A stretch of 64,000 nt of DNA from Leucoraja erinacea. Its lineage: Eukaryota. The position numbers and the translations under genes are program-made. Every line of letters begins with the position of its first letter. Position 1 is the first letter of the stretch. Under the pieces are notes generated by a model. That model was not told the DNA's origin and did no database searches. It saw nothing but the letters and a program-made list of their open reading frames with translations. The DNA is taken from positions 41,416,001 through 41,480,000 of the forward strand of contig NC_073385.1 in the NCBI RefSeq assembly GCF_028641065.1, written 5' to 3'. Positions 33,597-47,249 of the stretch are shown here, piece by piece.

Positions 33597-35691
33597 ATCT
33601 ATTCTGTCATTTTTTAAATATTATTTAAATGTGGGCACAAGAAACTACAGATGCTGTTTTTTTTTTAGAAAGCACAAAGTGCTGGAGTGATTATTTACAT
33701 ACCTGACCAGTCTGAAGGAGGTCCTGACCCAAAACATTGCCTATCCATGTTCTACAGAAATGCTGCCTGAGCCGCTGAGTTACTCCAACATTTTATGTCA
33801 TTATTTAAATGTGCTTTATTTTATCTCAACAGTTTATTTTCTTTTTAAGAGCAGCTACTGAGAAATTGATTATCCGTAGAATTGTGCACTATCATTCAGG
33901 ATGGAAATGGCATTCTGGTGTGTGGATTTAATACCACCCTGATGAATTTTCCTTTGGCAATTTCTGGAACATGATTGAAATATTTATTTAGAAGTAAGCT
34001 TTGCAAGTAGTATAAGAGTAACTGTAACTGCACACCGCCCAGTCACCTCACACTCATACATAATCTGTTTCCTTTGACAAATGATCATACGTGTGGGAAA
34101 GTTGATGACATTATTTTTTACGGTACTTCAAGTAGGAAATTAAAGTAAGGGTTTTTTTCTGCACTGTTTCAAAGAGATTTCTTTAAAAAAAGATTTTGCT
34201 CTGTTCAAAGACAGTGTTGTGGAAAGATTCAATTGCATGAGTCTATAGTTGGGTAAAATAGTGATATTTCATTGTCACCTTCTGAAAAGAAAGTCCCATT
34301 CACCTAAGGATGCAGTCTATACATGCATTCTGATCAGATCAGCCACTTCTAATGTCACATCCCCTTTGTGATTATAATGTACCTTGGAGATGCCTTGTCA
34401 TTTCTAAGTGGCTTTGGCTTTTGTTATTTGTGTCTCTAGATCGTTTATGTCCTGAAGACCTGTTATTCCTAACCACATTCCATATATTTACCACTTAGTT
34501 CCGCAAACCTGCAGAGATGTTTTGAAAGCAAGCCAGTGTTTCCTTTTATCTTCCCCCATGTACTGTCTTTCAGAGGAGGGGCTGCTCATTTCTATTTATC
34601 TTTGTAGACTATCAGTGTCAATATTTCTTGCTCTGTTACCTTGGCTATTCCATAGCCTACGTAGTCTGCAAATGGCAATTAGCTTTTGACCCATGTATCT
34701 GTCTTTGTTGCTGTACATTTCCCAGTGCTGACACAAATGCCTCATGGCTATGAGCTTTACTACAAACCCTGCATCATCCTGTGAAGTCTTGACTTCAAGA
34801 GAACATTTCAGTGGGCTGATCCTTATTTGTACTGCTGCACTTGTTAGCTTATCTACACTAAGTCTGATGTGCACAGAAATGTACTTCTCATTTATTTTGT
34901 ATTTTTACAGAAGTTGCTGGAGATTGCAAAGATGCAGCAAGTTTCTAGAACTTGCAGCAGCTATGGCGGCAGAAGGCAGGTTATGTTTTAACTGGTCTGC
35001 TCGAAAGGTTAACTGTTTTTTATTCGTGGCAGATGCTGCCTGATCTATTATTTCCAGCTTCTGCAGTTGTCAATTCTTTGCTTATTTGTTTAAATGTTCT
35101 TCCTACAACTGATATTTTAAGTTAATTCATTGCCTGAGATACCTTTTGGAATTGCTGCACAGTTGTACAAACACACATATACACATCTGAAGAAGGGTCC
35201 CGACCTGAAACGTATCCTATCCATGTTGTAGAAGGATCCCAAAACAAAGTGTCACCTGTTGTTGTTCTACAGAGATGCTGCCTGTCCCGCTTTGTGTCAT
35301 TTTTACATGCCTATGCAAGTGTATCTGCGTTTTGAATAATGCTTCTTGATAATGATTTCTTTGAATTGTAAGTTCTTATTAAAGGTTCTGCTGTCTTTTT
35401 TCACTCGTATGAGATTGTTTTGTATGTGGTTTTAAGATACTGGTTACCAGAGTCAGTCAAGTTGAAATCCATTTAGGTTTTGATGTAGAAACAAGGAACT
35501 GTAGATGCTGGTTTACAGAAAAGGACAGAAAGTGCTGGAGTAACTCAGCAGGTCATGCATTATTTCCGGGTCGGGACCCTTTTTCTAACTAGAAGGGCTC
35601 ACATCTGGAGGAGAGTCCCAACCTATTCATGTAAGTTTTGATGTGTCTGTTTTCCTGGTTCAAGATGGGTAAGTGCATGTACAAAATGGTA

Positions 35692-35960
35692 CGAATTCTC
35701 CCAATTTTGTTAGTCCTTGCTGTCTCCTCCCCTTCCTCAGTCCCCCTGCTGTCTCCTCCCATCCCCCAGCCTTCGGGCTCCTCCTCCTTTTTCCTTTCTT
35801 GTCCCCGCCCACCCCCGCCCCTGATCAGTCTGAAGAAGGGTTTCGGCCCGAAACGTTGCCTATTTCCTTCGCTCCATAGATGCTGCTGCACCCGCTGAGT
35901 TTCTCCAGCTTTTTTGTGTAACCTTCGATTCTCCAGCATCTGCAGTTCCTTCTTAAACAC
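35692..35960 (+). mobile_element. Young 5'-truncated Penelope terminus with 14-bp TSD and HHR-like motif (35830-35860)
   Basis: TSD TGTACAAAATGGTA at 35678 and 35961; nearly identical to the terminus at 2031-2262 (-). Confidence 0.85.
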
Positions 35961-38679
35961 TGTACAAAATGGTATTTGGGTTCTTATTTTATACCAGAGG
36001 TTTTTCATATTGACCATGGTTTGTCCACGGGTATACGGAGCTTGCCCAGATTAGGTGTTGGACAACATAGGATTAGGTTTATTACTGTCACTTGTACCAA
36101 AAGTTTTGTTTTGCATGTTATCCAAATATATACCATACAGATACATTGTGTAAAGAAGACTGATGCATATTTGCGGCTACCTTTGCAAAATTAGGTCACA
36201 CGGACATCTGAAGAAGGGTCTCAACCCGAATCGTCGCCAATTCCTTCTCTCCATAGATGCTGCCTCACCCGTTGAGCTTCTCCAGCATTTTGTGTCTACC
36301 TTCGATTTTACCAGCATCTGCAGTTCTTTCTAAATGTTGGTTTCTGTAAGTGCTTGGCATCCAAATCAATAGAAACCAACCTGCAGAGAGACAAGTTCTC
36401 TAATGTTTATTGACCTCATTATGGAGTTTTATTTGGTATTACGTAGAGAAATAACATGGAAACAGACTCTTCCGTCCACCAAGTCCATGCCAACCAACGG
36501 CCACAAATTCATGCAAGTTTTGTTATCCCACTCTCTCAAGTCCATACATGCAAGGGACCATTTACAGTGGCCAACTTGCCTACAAACTCACTCCTCTTTG
36601 GGTTGTGGGAGAGGAAATCCACATAATGATAGGGAGAACATACACATTTCATAGAGACACACCTGAGGGCAGGATGGAACGGAGGTCTCTGCCTCTATGA
36701 GGAAGCCGCTCTACCAGTTGTGCCACTGTGCTGCCCTGAGTTATGAGAAACAGCAATTTGCCAAGTGAACTGCTTAATTGCTTCTATCACATTGTCTTCT
36801 ATTTGACTGTTCTCACATGAAGTACAGAGCCAGCAAGTTACCCCTGGAAATGCAATTGGAACCCAAAGCTCATGGCTAGTAAGAGATGAGGTTGTTAGAC
36901 CGATTTAGCTTTAGACCCATGCAAAGTATGCTGCATGAAGTTTCTGCTGGGTATGATTCCATTATTTTAGTCCCTTATCTTGAAAAAACTGCTGAATTGG
37001 TGTCTTGAGACTGCAGCCACTGATTCGGGGATATTGATTGTTTCTTTGTAAGAAAACCATATACCGGTAGTTATTTATGTTCTCTTACTAATATTTGAGT
37101 ATTTATAATCGTTCCAAAGAAAGGTGACACTTGACATTCCAGCAGATGGGTTGAGATGTGGGAATAGGATTGAAAATAATAAACTAGAATCACTTTTATG
37201 AATATTTATTTGGTGATTCTTAGTTTGCAATTACACTTTATTCAATTTCTAAACTATTAACATAAAGTCACTGCATTAAAAATTAACAGTGACATTATGA
37301 ATTCAAATCAATGAGATTAATCCAAAATGCTTTGCTGGTCTATGTGAATGGAAAAATTAATAAATTGAAAACCAACAATTATAAAGATAAATAGAATTGA
37401 TGTTCACGATTTCAATATGTGTATCAGTTTCATGTCGGTGCAATGAAAACAATTATTGCCATATTTAATGTTTTGGGTAATGGAAGAAATGTGTAAAGCC
37501 AACATTTGAAATAAAAATTATACTTGAAATGTTTCTTTTGTGTGCAATTTGTTTTTATATGCTGGACAAGTGATTTTTGTTTTAAATCCTCATGAATTTT
37601 GAGATTATTCGATTGATATGTTCTGTTTATAGTGGGATGCACAAAGGTATCCGAATAAATGTGCAGATCACTCTTCTCTGCACCCATATCATGATTTATG
37701 AACTGCTTGTACTTTATGGGTCCTTTGTCTGATTTCCACCCCTCACCCATTCCCTGAATTTGGTGAATACAGATGTATGCATCATCTCAACTGTGGGCAT
37801 ATTAAATATTTAATAATGTCAGTTTGAACCAGCAGGGACATTTTTTGAAGGGTACTTAACAATATTTATCACACAATTATTACTGTGATTGTTACTATAT
37901 TATTTTATGGAATCTTATGCACTGCACAAATTGACTGCCATCTTTAACAGTAATCGGAGGTATGGGGTCATTAGTGTTATTAGTTCTAACACCACTTGAG
38001 GTCCTATGTTTGTGAATGGCATTCTATAAATACAAGTATTTTTACTCGTGGACTTTAAGAATCAATTCCAGCTATTTGGTTGCTCAGTCGGCGGAGTGTC
38101 CTCATCTAGGGAAGGAATAGATCAATTGAGTCTCCAGCTTCTATGTGCAGTCTGGTGACATGAGAGAAAGTAAACATGTCTGGGAACACCTTAAATCTCT
38201 GTCCTCTGGTTCTTGATTTTCCCCACTCTGGGTAAAATACTGTGCATTCACCCTATCTATTCCCATTCATGCTCTTATACACCTCTACATGATAAACCCC
38301 TCATCCTTCTGCACTCCAAGGAATAAAATCCCAGTCTGCCCAACCTCTCACTATAGCTCAACCTCTCAAGTCCTGGCAACATCCTCGCTAATCTCTGCAC
38401 TCTTTGCAGCTTCACGACATCTTTCCTAAGCTAGGAACTACATAAAATTGCGGGGCATTTTTTGGTTTTGTCTTTTGCACTATTTTTTGTTTTGTGTGTG
38501 TGTGTGTGTGATATATATATATATATATATATATTGTGTATGGATGTGTGTATATATACACACATATATATATATATAATATGCACTATAACACACATAT
38601 ATATAGATACATATACACACACACATATATATATATATAATTCAGTAGGCATCAGGACTGGGAGTGTAGCGATTCATTT

Positions 38680-39185
38680 TGTCTGAGTCATGCCAGTTAC
38701 AGGGAGCCAATGATTGGGAGATGCTGGTAGATATAGGAGGAAAGTTTCTTGTCCCGCAGGAAATAATTACTACTAGTTTGAGGCCTGATATAGTGTTATG
38801 GTTAGTTATTCAGTGGATAGTGTATTTTACAGAAATAATGGTGTCTTGGGAGAACTTAGTGGATGAAGCTTATGAAAGGTAAAGGCTTAGATATGCAGAG
38901 TTGGCAGCAGATGTTGAGCAGCGAGGATGAAGAGCAAGTGTACGTTCAATAGAGGTGGGTTTTAGAGATTTCATAACGAGATCAACCACATCGCTATTGG
39001 AGAGCTTGGAATTCGTGGACAGGGTTTGGGTCAGGCTGTAAAGCAAATGTCCAAGGCAGCAGAGCAAGACCGTGGGTGGATTTGGTGGAGAAGAAATCGT
39101 GTCAGTTGGGGGAGGAGGGAGGGGTTGTTCTGTTGAGCCTTCACCGAAACCCCAAATGAAGAGAGATGCCCACTTGATAACCCCA
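38680..39185 (+). mobile_element. Non-LTR retrotransposon fragment with restriction-like endonuclease (Hero/NeSL-like)
   Basis: TSLRPDIVLW..EIMVSWE..EAYER*RLRYAELAADVEQRG*..IEVG: PD-(D/E)xK RLE signature with in-frame stops; flanked by (TA/CA)n. Confidence 0.72.
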
Positions 39186-39204
39186 ATGACATACTTGCAT
39201 TGTA

Positions 39205-39238
<34 letters not shown>

Positions 39239-39599
39239 CACACACACATATGTTTTGTACACACTCTTTTTTGTTTATTGTTTACAGAGAACTGTTTACA
39301 TATTATAGTTACTGCAAGTAAAAATGTAAGGTCTGACTCAGTCCGAGGAAGGTTCTTGACCCGAAACGTCACCCATTCCTTCTTTCAGAGATGCTGCCTG
39401 CCCCGCTGAGTTACTCCAGCATTTTGTGGGTAGACATAAATGCTGGAGAAACTCAGCGGGTGAGGCAACATCTATGGAGCGAATCTTCCAGCATTTTGTG
39501 CCTATCTTCGGTTTAAACCAGCATCTGCAGTTCCTTCCTACACATTAAGAATGTAATTGTTCTGCTTTGGACATATGACAATAAAACAGTCTTGACGAG

Positions 39600-40030
39600 C
39601 AGGGGGAAGCTCTCCCTCTCTTGCAGCAGCACAGAGGCTGTTCGGTTGCTCGGAGTTAGCCTGGCTTGGCCTGGTCCGGCCTGGCCCCTCCGCCGACCGC
39701 TCGGAGTTGTGCTCGCAGCCCTGGCCTGGTTGCTCGGCGCCGGCCAGTCTTGGTCGCGGCTCCTGTGGACTGGGAGAGGCGAGGGCCGCGCAGTCTACAA
39801 GCGAGGAGGTCTCGGTCTCGGTGCCGGTGAGTGACTGGGTGTCCTGGCGCTGCGGCCTGTTGTCTAGGGTCGGGCGGGGAGGCGGTGGAGGAGCGATCCC
39901 CGGGGTGGTCACCCGGCCAACGCCTGCAGAGTCCAACTCCTATCGGTGGGAACTCGCCGCATCAACCGTGCGGGGTTGACGGAGTGAAGGGTCGAGGCAA
40001 GGCTTGAAGGCTACACGGCGTGATACCTTT
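39600..40030 (+). promoter_or_regulatory. HEATR5A: HEATR5A CpG island and putative non-coding exon 1 (donor at 39827)
   Basis: GC/CpG-rich island with CCG|GTGAGT donor; the next coding exon has its own acceptor (50164) upstream of the ATG. Confidence 0.65.
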
Positions 40031-40215
40031 GGTGATACTCCCCAACTGAAGTAAATCCAGCGGCGACCCTTGAGACGTGGTGAATCTTCATCAATTAATG
40101 CAGTAACGTTGCAGGCTGCTGCCATTTAATCTGTGACACATTGCGATTTGAATATTTTGCAGCAATGCAGCAAAAAAGTACTAACTCCACTGCATTTTTC
40201 ACAATGAGCGTATAG

Positions 40216-40492
40216 GAAGTGTTGCATGTTTAAATCTTGATTGATGTTTGTGGATGGATTTAGGGTATTCGGGAATCTTGTACATGGGATGATTTTTTTA
40301 ATTTGATTGAGTACATAGAGAGTTATGAAGTGTTGCATGTTTAAATCGTGATTGGTATTTGTGGATGAAGTTAGGATTTTATTCGAGAATGATTTTCTAT
40401 TTATTTCCTTGAGGGCATATAGTTATGAAGTGTTGCATGTTTAAAACGCGATGGGTATTTGTGGATGAAGTTAAGATTTTATTCAAGAATCT
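40216..40492. repeat. Minisatellite of about 100-110 bp, roughly 2.6 copies
   Basis: GAAGTGTTGCATGTTTAAA..TTTGTGGATG recurs at about 40216, 40327 and 40427. Confidence 0.8.
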
Positions 40493-43394
40493 AACATTCC
40501 GCGTACTGTACTTGATTAAAAGAAAAATAGCTTGTGGACATAGAGTTCAATGTTGTCTCCGGGTGTGGTAGTTTAAGCTGGTGATTACATCAACAAGCGG
40601 TTGAATGGAAACAAAAGGATTAAAACAAGGTGGTGGTATTTTCAGGGCTACAATTTTTGTTGTACTTTTATGTTAACATATATAGCGATTCACAATAAAG
40701 AACACAGCACAAGTGTGAATTAAAACGTGCTTTGTCATAAAACAATATTGGAGCCGGCCTTTGTGAATATATTACTGCTAGTAAAAAAACTGTGTATCTC
40801 GGTAATATTTACTATTGGACAGACTGTTGCAGGCAGATTTAACAACTGATTAATTGCTTAGTTTAATTTCTTTAAAGGAAGGCAATGGTGCCTTCTCCCA
40901 ATATTAATATGGTAGTTTAGCAAAAAATAGCCAAAACTTCAATACAAGTATGTCCCTTAAGAGAAGGCATGAACCATAAAACGGTCCAATCCGTGTAAAC
41001 AGCCTTAAAAATAATTCCATTAGAATTTATTTTTAACTGCTTTACTCTGTATTTTTCTTTTTTTTCAGAAAATACAATATTTACATTAGTTGAGATGAAA
41101 GCAATATCATTGCTCTTATTTTTTTTTATCCCAAGTTAAATGACAATTCCTCTTCCAGTTAGCATTTATTATGTTTATTTTTGAATTTAAAAAAAATTTG
41201 CAGCAAACTGAACCACAGCCTCCAGTACACTGTTTTGAGATTTTTCTAAGATATCTCACAAATAATTAGTTGACTGTGTGTTGGGTTCTTGTTTTCTGAA
41301 TGCTTTACATACTGTAATTGCATTATGTCATTTATGTACTGGTTCTACAGTTTTAGGCAGGACTTTTAAAATAAAACTTAGGAATTTTAAAGCAATATTA
41401 GAAAACATTGCAAGAAATAAATAAGCTTATGTGAGGTTTGTCATTAGTTTATGCCGAGAAGGTAGATTTTTGTGCATTATTTTTCCTAAGATTCGTTCAG
41501 TAAGATCATATCTGACTCCTCTCACACTGGCCACAAACTCTTTGAATCACTTCCCTCTGGAAGGCAACTCCGGACTGTCACAGCTGCCACAGACAGACAT
41601 AAAAAGCTTTTTTCCACGAGTAGTAGCTCTACTCAATAACCAAAAATCTGTAGCCTCCTTTTGCCCTGGTATTTTATTTAATTCACATGTTTAATCGATA
41701 ATGTTTTATTATTAATGTTTAATGTGTCATTCTTAATTGTCACAGTATATCACAATTGTCACTTGCGAGTGGAGCACCAAGGCAAATTCCTTGTATGTGA
41801 ACATACTTGGCCAATAAACTTATTCATTAATTCATAGAAAGTGCATTGATAAAGAAAGGCTAGATTATTCTATAAGGTTGATGGGCAGCTGGTTTTGTAC
41901 TGGCAACTGATTCTATAATCTATATTTGATTTATTTACATTTGTGTGCGGCATTAATTGTTCACATTGTTGGTCAACTGCAAATATTCTTTTTAAGTCCG
42001 GTGAATTTGCAAACATTCTTATATTATTCTTTTCACCGGATGTCAGTAATGTATTTGTGGAATAAAACACACAGTACTGAAATAACTCCGTGGGTTAGAC
42101 AGCATCTGTGGAGGGCATGGATAGGTGAAGTTTTTGGTTGGAACCCTTCAGCTTTGAGTCAGAAGAAAAGTCCCAACCTGAAACATTGCCTATCCTTTCC
42201 CTCCACAGATGCTGCCTTGCCAGAGGTACTCCAGTACTTTGTGTTTTACTCAAGATTCCAGCATCTGCAGTTTCTCGTGTATGTGTGGAAGCTGTTTGTG
42301 GCAGAAATCTAATTTTGAAGAGACCTGTTCAGTTTCTCCATTACCAAGACAGTTGGCTAATCCTGGACACTGACAGTTTCTGATACCACTTAGTACATCT
42401 CAGTTTATCATAAATAATTTATAATTCCAGTTACTTAGTGCTGGAGCTGCGAAATTTAAAGCTGTAAATGAGCCATTTAAAAAATAAAAAAGTATGACTT
42501 GTAATTTAGAGGAGAGCTGTTGGAAAGCGTAATTGACAGTTCAATGAAATTCTGTTATTAATCAAGCCACTTAATTATTTCATCCACTGCTTACTGTCCA
42601 GTCTTTATCTGAAAGATCTCCAATCCAATCGATTCAGGATGAGGAAGGGTACCAACCCGAAACATTGCCTATCCATTATATCCCGAGATACTGCCTGAGT
42701 TACTCCAGCATTTTGTGTATTTAAAAGATCTCCGATGTTCAGTTGAAAATGGACCCAAAGTGCTGGAGTAACTCAGCAGGCCAGGCAGCATCCCTGGAGA
42801 GAAGGAATGGGTGACGTTTCAGGTCGAGACCCTTCAGACATTTGTTTGGTCCAATGTTCAGTTGAATGATTTTCTATAAAAAATATCAAATGCACGGCGG
42901 CATAATGTTTTAGTTTACTGTTTCTTCGTAGTTTGTTTGATTGTATATTGCCAGTGAATCCTGTGATTATTGGCGTTGATTATTGACTGACGTGTACAGT
43001 TAAGGAATATTTTTGTGAGTCCAGTCAGAAAGACTGATTAGTCTAGGGAAGGTGTTCTTTTCATGTGTGAAACAAAAACGCTGATTTCCATTCTATTCCA
43101 GTTGTCCTTGATACCATTGAAATGAGCACCTTTACATGTATACATCAACATGACAGCTGAAGTCGTTTTCGGTTAAAGTCCTATTTTTATGGAATTTATT
43201 AAGCAATATTTCTGTACTCTATGCAACCTTAATTGAGAAACAAAAGAACATTACATAGCAGTATCTTCAAGCATTTTTCAGCAGATTTTCATCAGTGATA
43301 TAAATGAAAATTACTTCAAAATCTTACTGGGAATAATAAAGCATGCCTTTTTAGTTCTTCGAGCAGAGTCAATTTTCCCATTTGTGGAACAACT

Positions 43395-44110
43395 CACCAC
43401 AGCAGTGATCAAAAGAGCTCAGCAGCGGCTCCACCCTCTCCGGAGACTAAGGAAAGCAGGTCTCCCTACTGTTCATCTAAGGACCTGCTACAGGGGCACC
43501 ATCGAGAGTATATTGACCTATGGCATCACTTCCTGGTTTGGGAGTTGCAAGGCTAATGAGCACCAACTTAACAAGATAGTGAAGACAGCCAGCAGGATCA
43601 TTGGTGCCCCACTCCCTTTCCTGTTGGAGATCTATAAGAAGCGGAGCATCAGCAGAGCCATCTCCATTATCAAGGACCCCTATCATCCATCACACCACAT
43701 CTTCTCCATTCTGCCATCTGGGAAGAGGTACAGGAGCATCAGCTGCAAAACCAGCAGGATGCTACACAGCTTCTTTCCACAGGCAATAAGACTGGTTAAC
43801 GGACTGTGTCCCCTCCCCATATATCATACACCAACACATCTAACCTCGCCCATACTTTGACAGCTAGGCACCTGTCAAAGCAAAGCCGCTGTTCGGTCTG
43901 AATGTCTGCTTTTATTTCAATTTTCTATTTTTTATTTAAATTCCTATTTTTAGATATGGTAATTAAAATTTTTAAAGCTATATGTATTTATTCTGTTTTT
44001 ATTAACCACACTGATGGGAACTGATTGAGAAACAATTTTTTCATTTCATCTGTGTATGTGAGTACTCAGTTAAAATGACATTAAAGTAAATACTGATTAC
44101 TGAATACTGA
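43395..44110 (+). mobile_element. Rex1/Babar-type LINE 3' fragment
   Basis: RAQQRLHPLRRLRKAGL..GTIESILTYGITSWFG..LPSGKRYRSI; same family as 12470-13345. Confidence 0.82.
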
Positions 44111-44920
44111 AAATCAGAAAGACTGGATCATTCTGAAGTTATGGGAGCAAATTAGGGCTAGAATGAATTTTTCAGGCAGTTGTGTCAAAATAAATGAACT
44201 GTCCATTATGTTGTAGAAGATCATTTGCAGTATTTCTTGCTCTGCATCTTCATTTTGAAGGGACACTGTTGAGTGAATAATATGCAGATATGCAAAAATT
44301 GGAGGAGCAGCACCTCATATTTCGCTTGGGCAGTTCACACGCCAGTTCTCCTTCCTTCCCTTCCCAGCTATCCCACAGCCTACTGTCTCCACCTCTTCCT
44401 TTCTTCTTCCCGTCCCCCCCACCCCCACATCAGTCTGAAGAAGGGTCTTGACCTGAAAAGTCACCTATTCCTTCGCTCCGTAGATGCTGCCTCACCTGCT
44501 GATTTTCTCCAGCATTTTTGAGGGGGGGGGGGGGGGGGGGGTAGAGGTAGAGGTGGAGTGGAGTGGAGTAGGCGGGCGGGTGTGGGAGTCCAGGCTGTGG
44601 GAGGCGTGGTGCGAGCGTACTTGGCTGGGCGCGGGGCTTTAATCCACAGCGGCTGGGAGGCGCCGCCTGGAGGCAGGTGTGCCTGGATTGGTCGGCATGT
44701 GGGCATTGTGATGTCAGCAGCTTCTGAGTGCCGTTTAGATTTTAAAAATTGATTTTTGTCATCAATGTTATTCAAAATCTGGGGAAATAATTGACCAAGG
44801 AGTGGATTTCTGAACTTATAAGTAAAATCCCTTCCGAAATGGTAAATATCTCTGCATTTTTGCGTCTGGTTTTCAAGGAGATGCGTTTCACATGCAAAAC
44901 CACACACGCACACGCACACG

Positions 44921-44951
<31 letters not shown>

Positions 44952-44968
44952 ACACTTTTAAAAGTATA

Positions 44969-45030
44969 CTAGACCAAGTTCAGACCTGTCGGGTCTGTTC
45001 CCGCAACGCGCGGTTGCAAGGGTGGGTGGC
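44969..45030 (-). mobile_element. Helitron-like 3' terminus (hairpin followed by CTAG)
   Basis: Reverse strand CAGACC-CGACA-GGTCTG-AACTTGGT-CTAG|T; similar to 60833-60868. Confidence 0.6.
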
Positions 45031-45218
45031 CTGACGTCATCGCGTAACGCCATGCGCTAGGTGTGCGCCGTCAAGACGCTGCGTACGACGTCGAGACGTG
45101 TGTACGCCAGTAGAGACGCTGCGCACGCCCTCAATGCGCCTGCGGGCCGACAGGCCGTTGACTCGCGGGATTTTAGGAGAGTGCAAGCCCGTGGGAATGG
45201 CGAAAAGCAGCGGGGGAC

Positions 45219-46923
45219 GTGGACTTTTTCAAACGAAAAGAAGCTGCACTCAAGGGTTCCCGCATCTATTTGACGGGTCACTGCGCTCATCAAAATGAAG
45301 CAGCTTTGAAAGCTTTATACCGGATTGCTTATCGAATCGCACAGACTAAGAAACCTCACAATATCGGTGAAGAGCTTATCAAGCCATGCCTTCTCGAAGC
45401 AGCAAAGTTGGTGCTGGGGGAACAGCAGTCAAGCAAGTTCAGGCAGATTTCCCTTTCGAATGACACAGTCAAAAGTCAAATCTCGGATATGAGTAATGAT
45501 ATTCTGCTGCAAGTAGTGAGCGCTGTGAAGAGCGATCCAGTGTATTCACTGCAACTGGACGAGTCAACAGATGTTCCCTCATGTCCCCAACTGCTAGTCT
45601 ACGTTCGTTACCTCAATGGAGAAGCCATGAAGGAGGAGTACCTGCTCTCGGAGCCATTGTCCACTACCACTCGGGGAGAAATGTGTTCAGAATGCTGGAA
45701 GCCTTCCTCATCAAACATGAGCTTGGCTGGGAATGCCTTGTCGGGGTGTGTACAGATGGGGCACCTTCCATGGTTAGTTTCAGATCCGGCTTCAAAGCCT
45801 TCGTGAAGGATGTTGTTCCCCATGTTTCCTTCATCCACTGCATGGTACATCGCCATGCTTTTTGTGATGAAGACTCTCCCTCCTGGTTTTCGAGAAGTGC
45901 TTTCAGAAGCAGTGAAGGTTGTGAACCACATCCGAGGGAGCGCAACAAACACAAGAATCTTCAAAGCGATGTGTGAAGAAATGGGCGCCGATTTCACTGT
46001 TCTGATATTCCACACAGAGGTGCGCTGGCTTTTGCGTGTTTAAGTTCTCAATCGTGTGATTCAACTTCAAGATAAATAGCGCTGTTCTTGGAGAGAGGGT
46101 GTACTGAGAAGGAGAATCAGCTTCATGAAATTATGCAGGATGAACAATTCGTGATGAAGGTTGCTTACTTGGCTGACTTCTTCGCCGGGGTGAATTCCTT
46201 GAACCTGTCACTTTAAGGAAACTTCCCAATGCTACACACGGCTCATGACAAAGTGGCAGCGTTCAGGAGGAACCTTTACCAGAGAAGTGTCCAGGACGGT
46301 GACACAACTATCTTCCCTGAGATGTCGACTCTCCTGGATGCTACGCTAGATGCTGAATGCCACTTCCACAAGGAGATCTCAACCCACCTTTTGGCAATTA
46401 GTGAAGCCATCGAACGTTACTTCCCGGACTGGACGACCGCTCTCGTGATGAGTGGATCATCTGACCCTTTTCTGTTGAAGACGGTGCCATCAGCGATACT
46501 GACGTGACTGCGGAGGTTGAATTTTATCTGTGAAGATGCGGAGCTCAAGAGTAACTTCATGGAACAAGAGCTTGCCACGTTTTGGCTGAAAGTGAAGGAC
46601 TGCTCTGTTCTTTCGAAGAGGGCCCATTCCCCTTTAACCTATCGCTGTGAGGCTGGATTCTCAATCATGGTAACTCTGAAAACGAAGGTACGCAATAGGC
46701 TTGTGATCGAAGCTGACATGAGGTGTGCTACCTGTCGAACAGTTGTGCCTTTTTTGATCGCATGATGGCTGCGAAGCAATTTCAGCCATCCCATTGACTG
46801 AGCATTGGCGGACATGTTTTAATAAATCGGGCTGGTTTTTTTCCAATTTTTGTTTTGGGGGTCACGGAACTGACCAAGAATATCTGATGGGGTCGTGGGG
46901 CCAAAAAGGTTATAGAACCACTG
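45219..46923 (+). mobile_element. hAT (Buster/Charlie-type) transposase, frameshifted, with right TIR
   Basis: KKPHNIGEELIKPC..ISLSNDTV..LQLDESTD..CTDGAPSM..IHC..FHTEVRWL..CEAGFS; right end AAGGTTATAGAACCACTG (reverse complement CAGTGGTTCT). Confidence 0.88.
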
Positions 46924-47249
46924 GGCTAAATGAATGGTGCCAATACGTTTGCGATTGCATTCATGTTGTAAACACACTTGTGCTTGATCAGAATCATTTA
47001 AAATGTGTTCCTTTCAAGAAAATAAACCTTTTCTTCTGTGACTTGTTGATCTTGAACCCCATTCTTTAGATGTTTTTCACATAAATAGGAACACAGTAAC
47101 CCCTCGTTATTACAAACTTTTTTGTGATGGATTTTGATTACAGCAGACTGTCTCTTTAAGAACACGGGCTGCTTGTTACACTGCGGAGGCTGTTGAAATT
47201 GACAAGGCATTGAAATTGACAAGCAATCGCTCAGATCGACACTTTCTTA

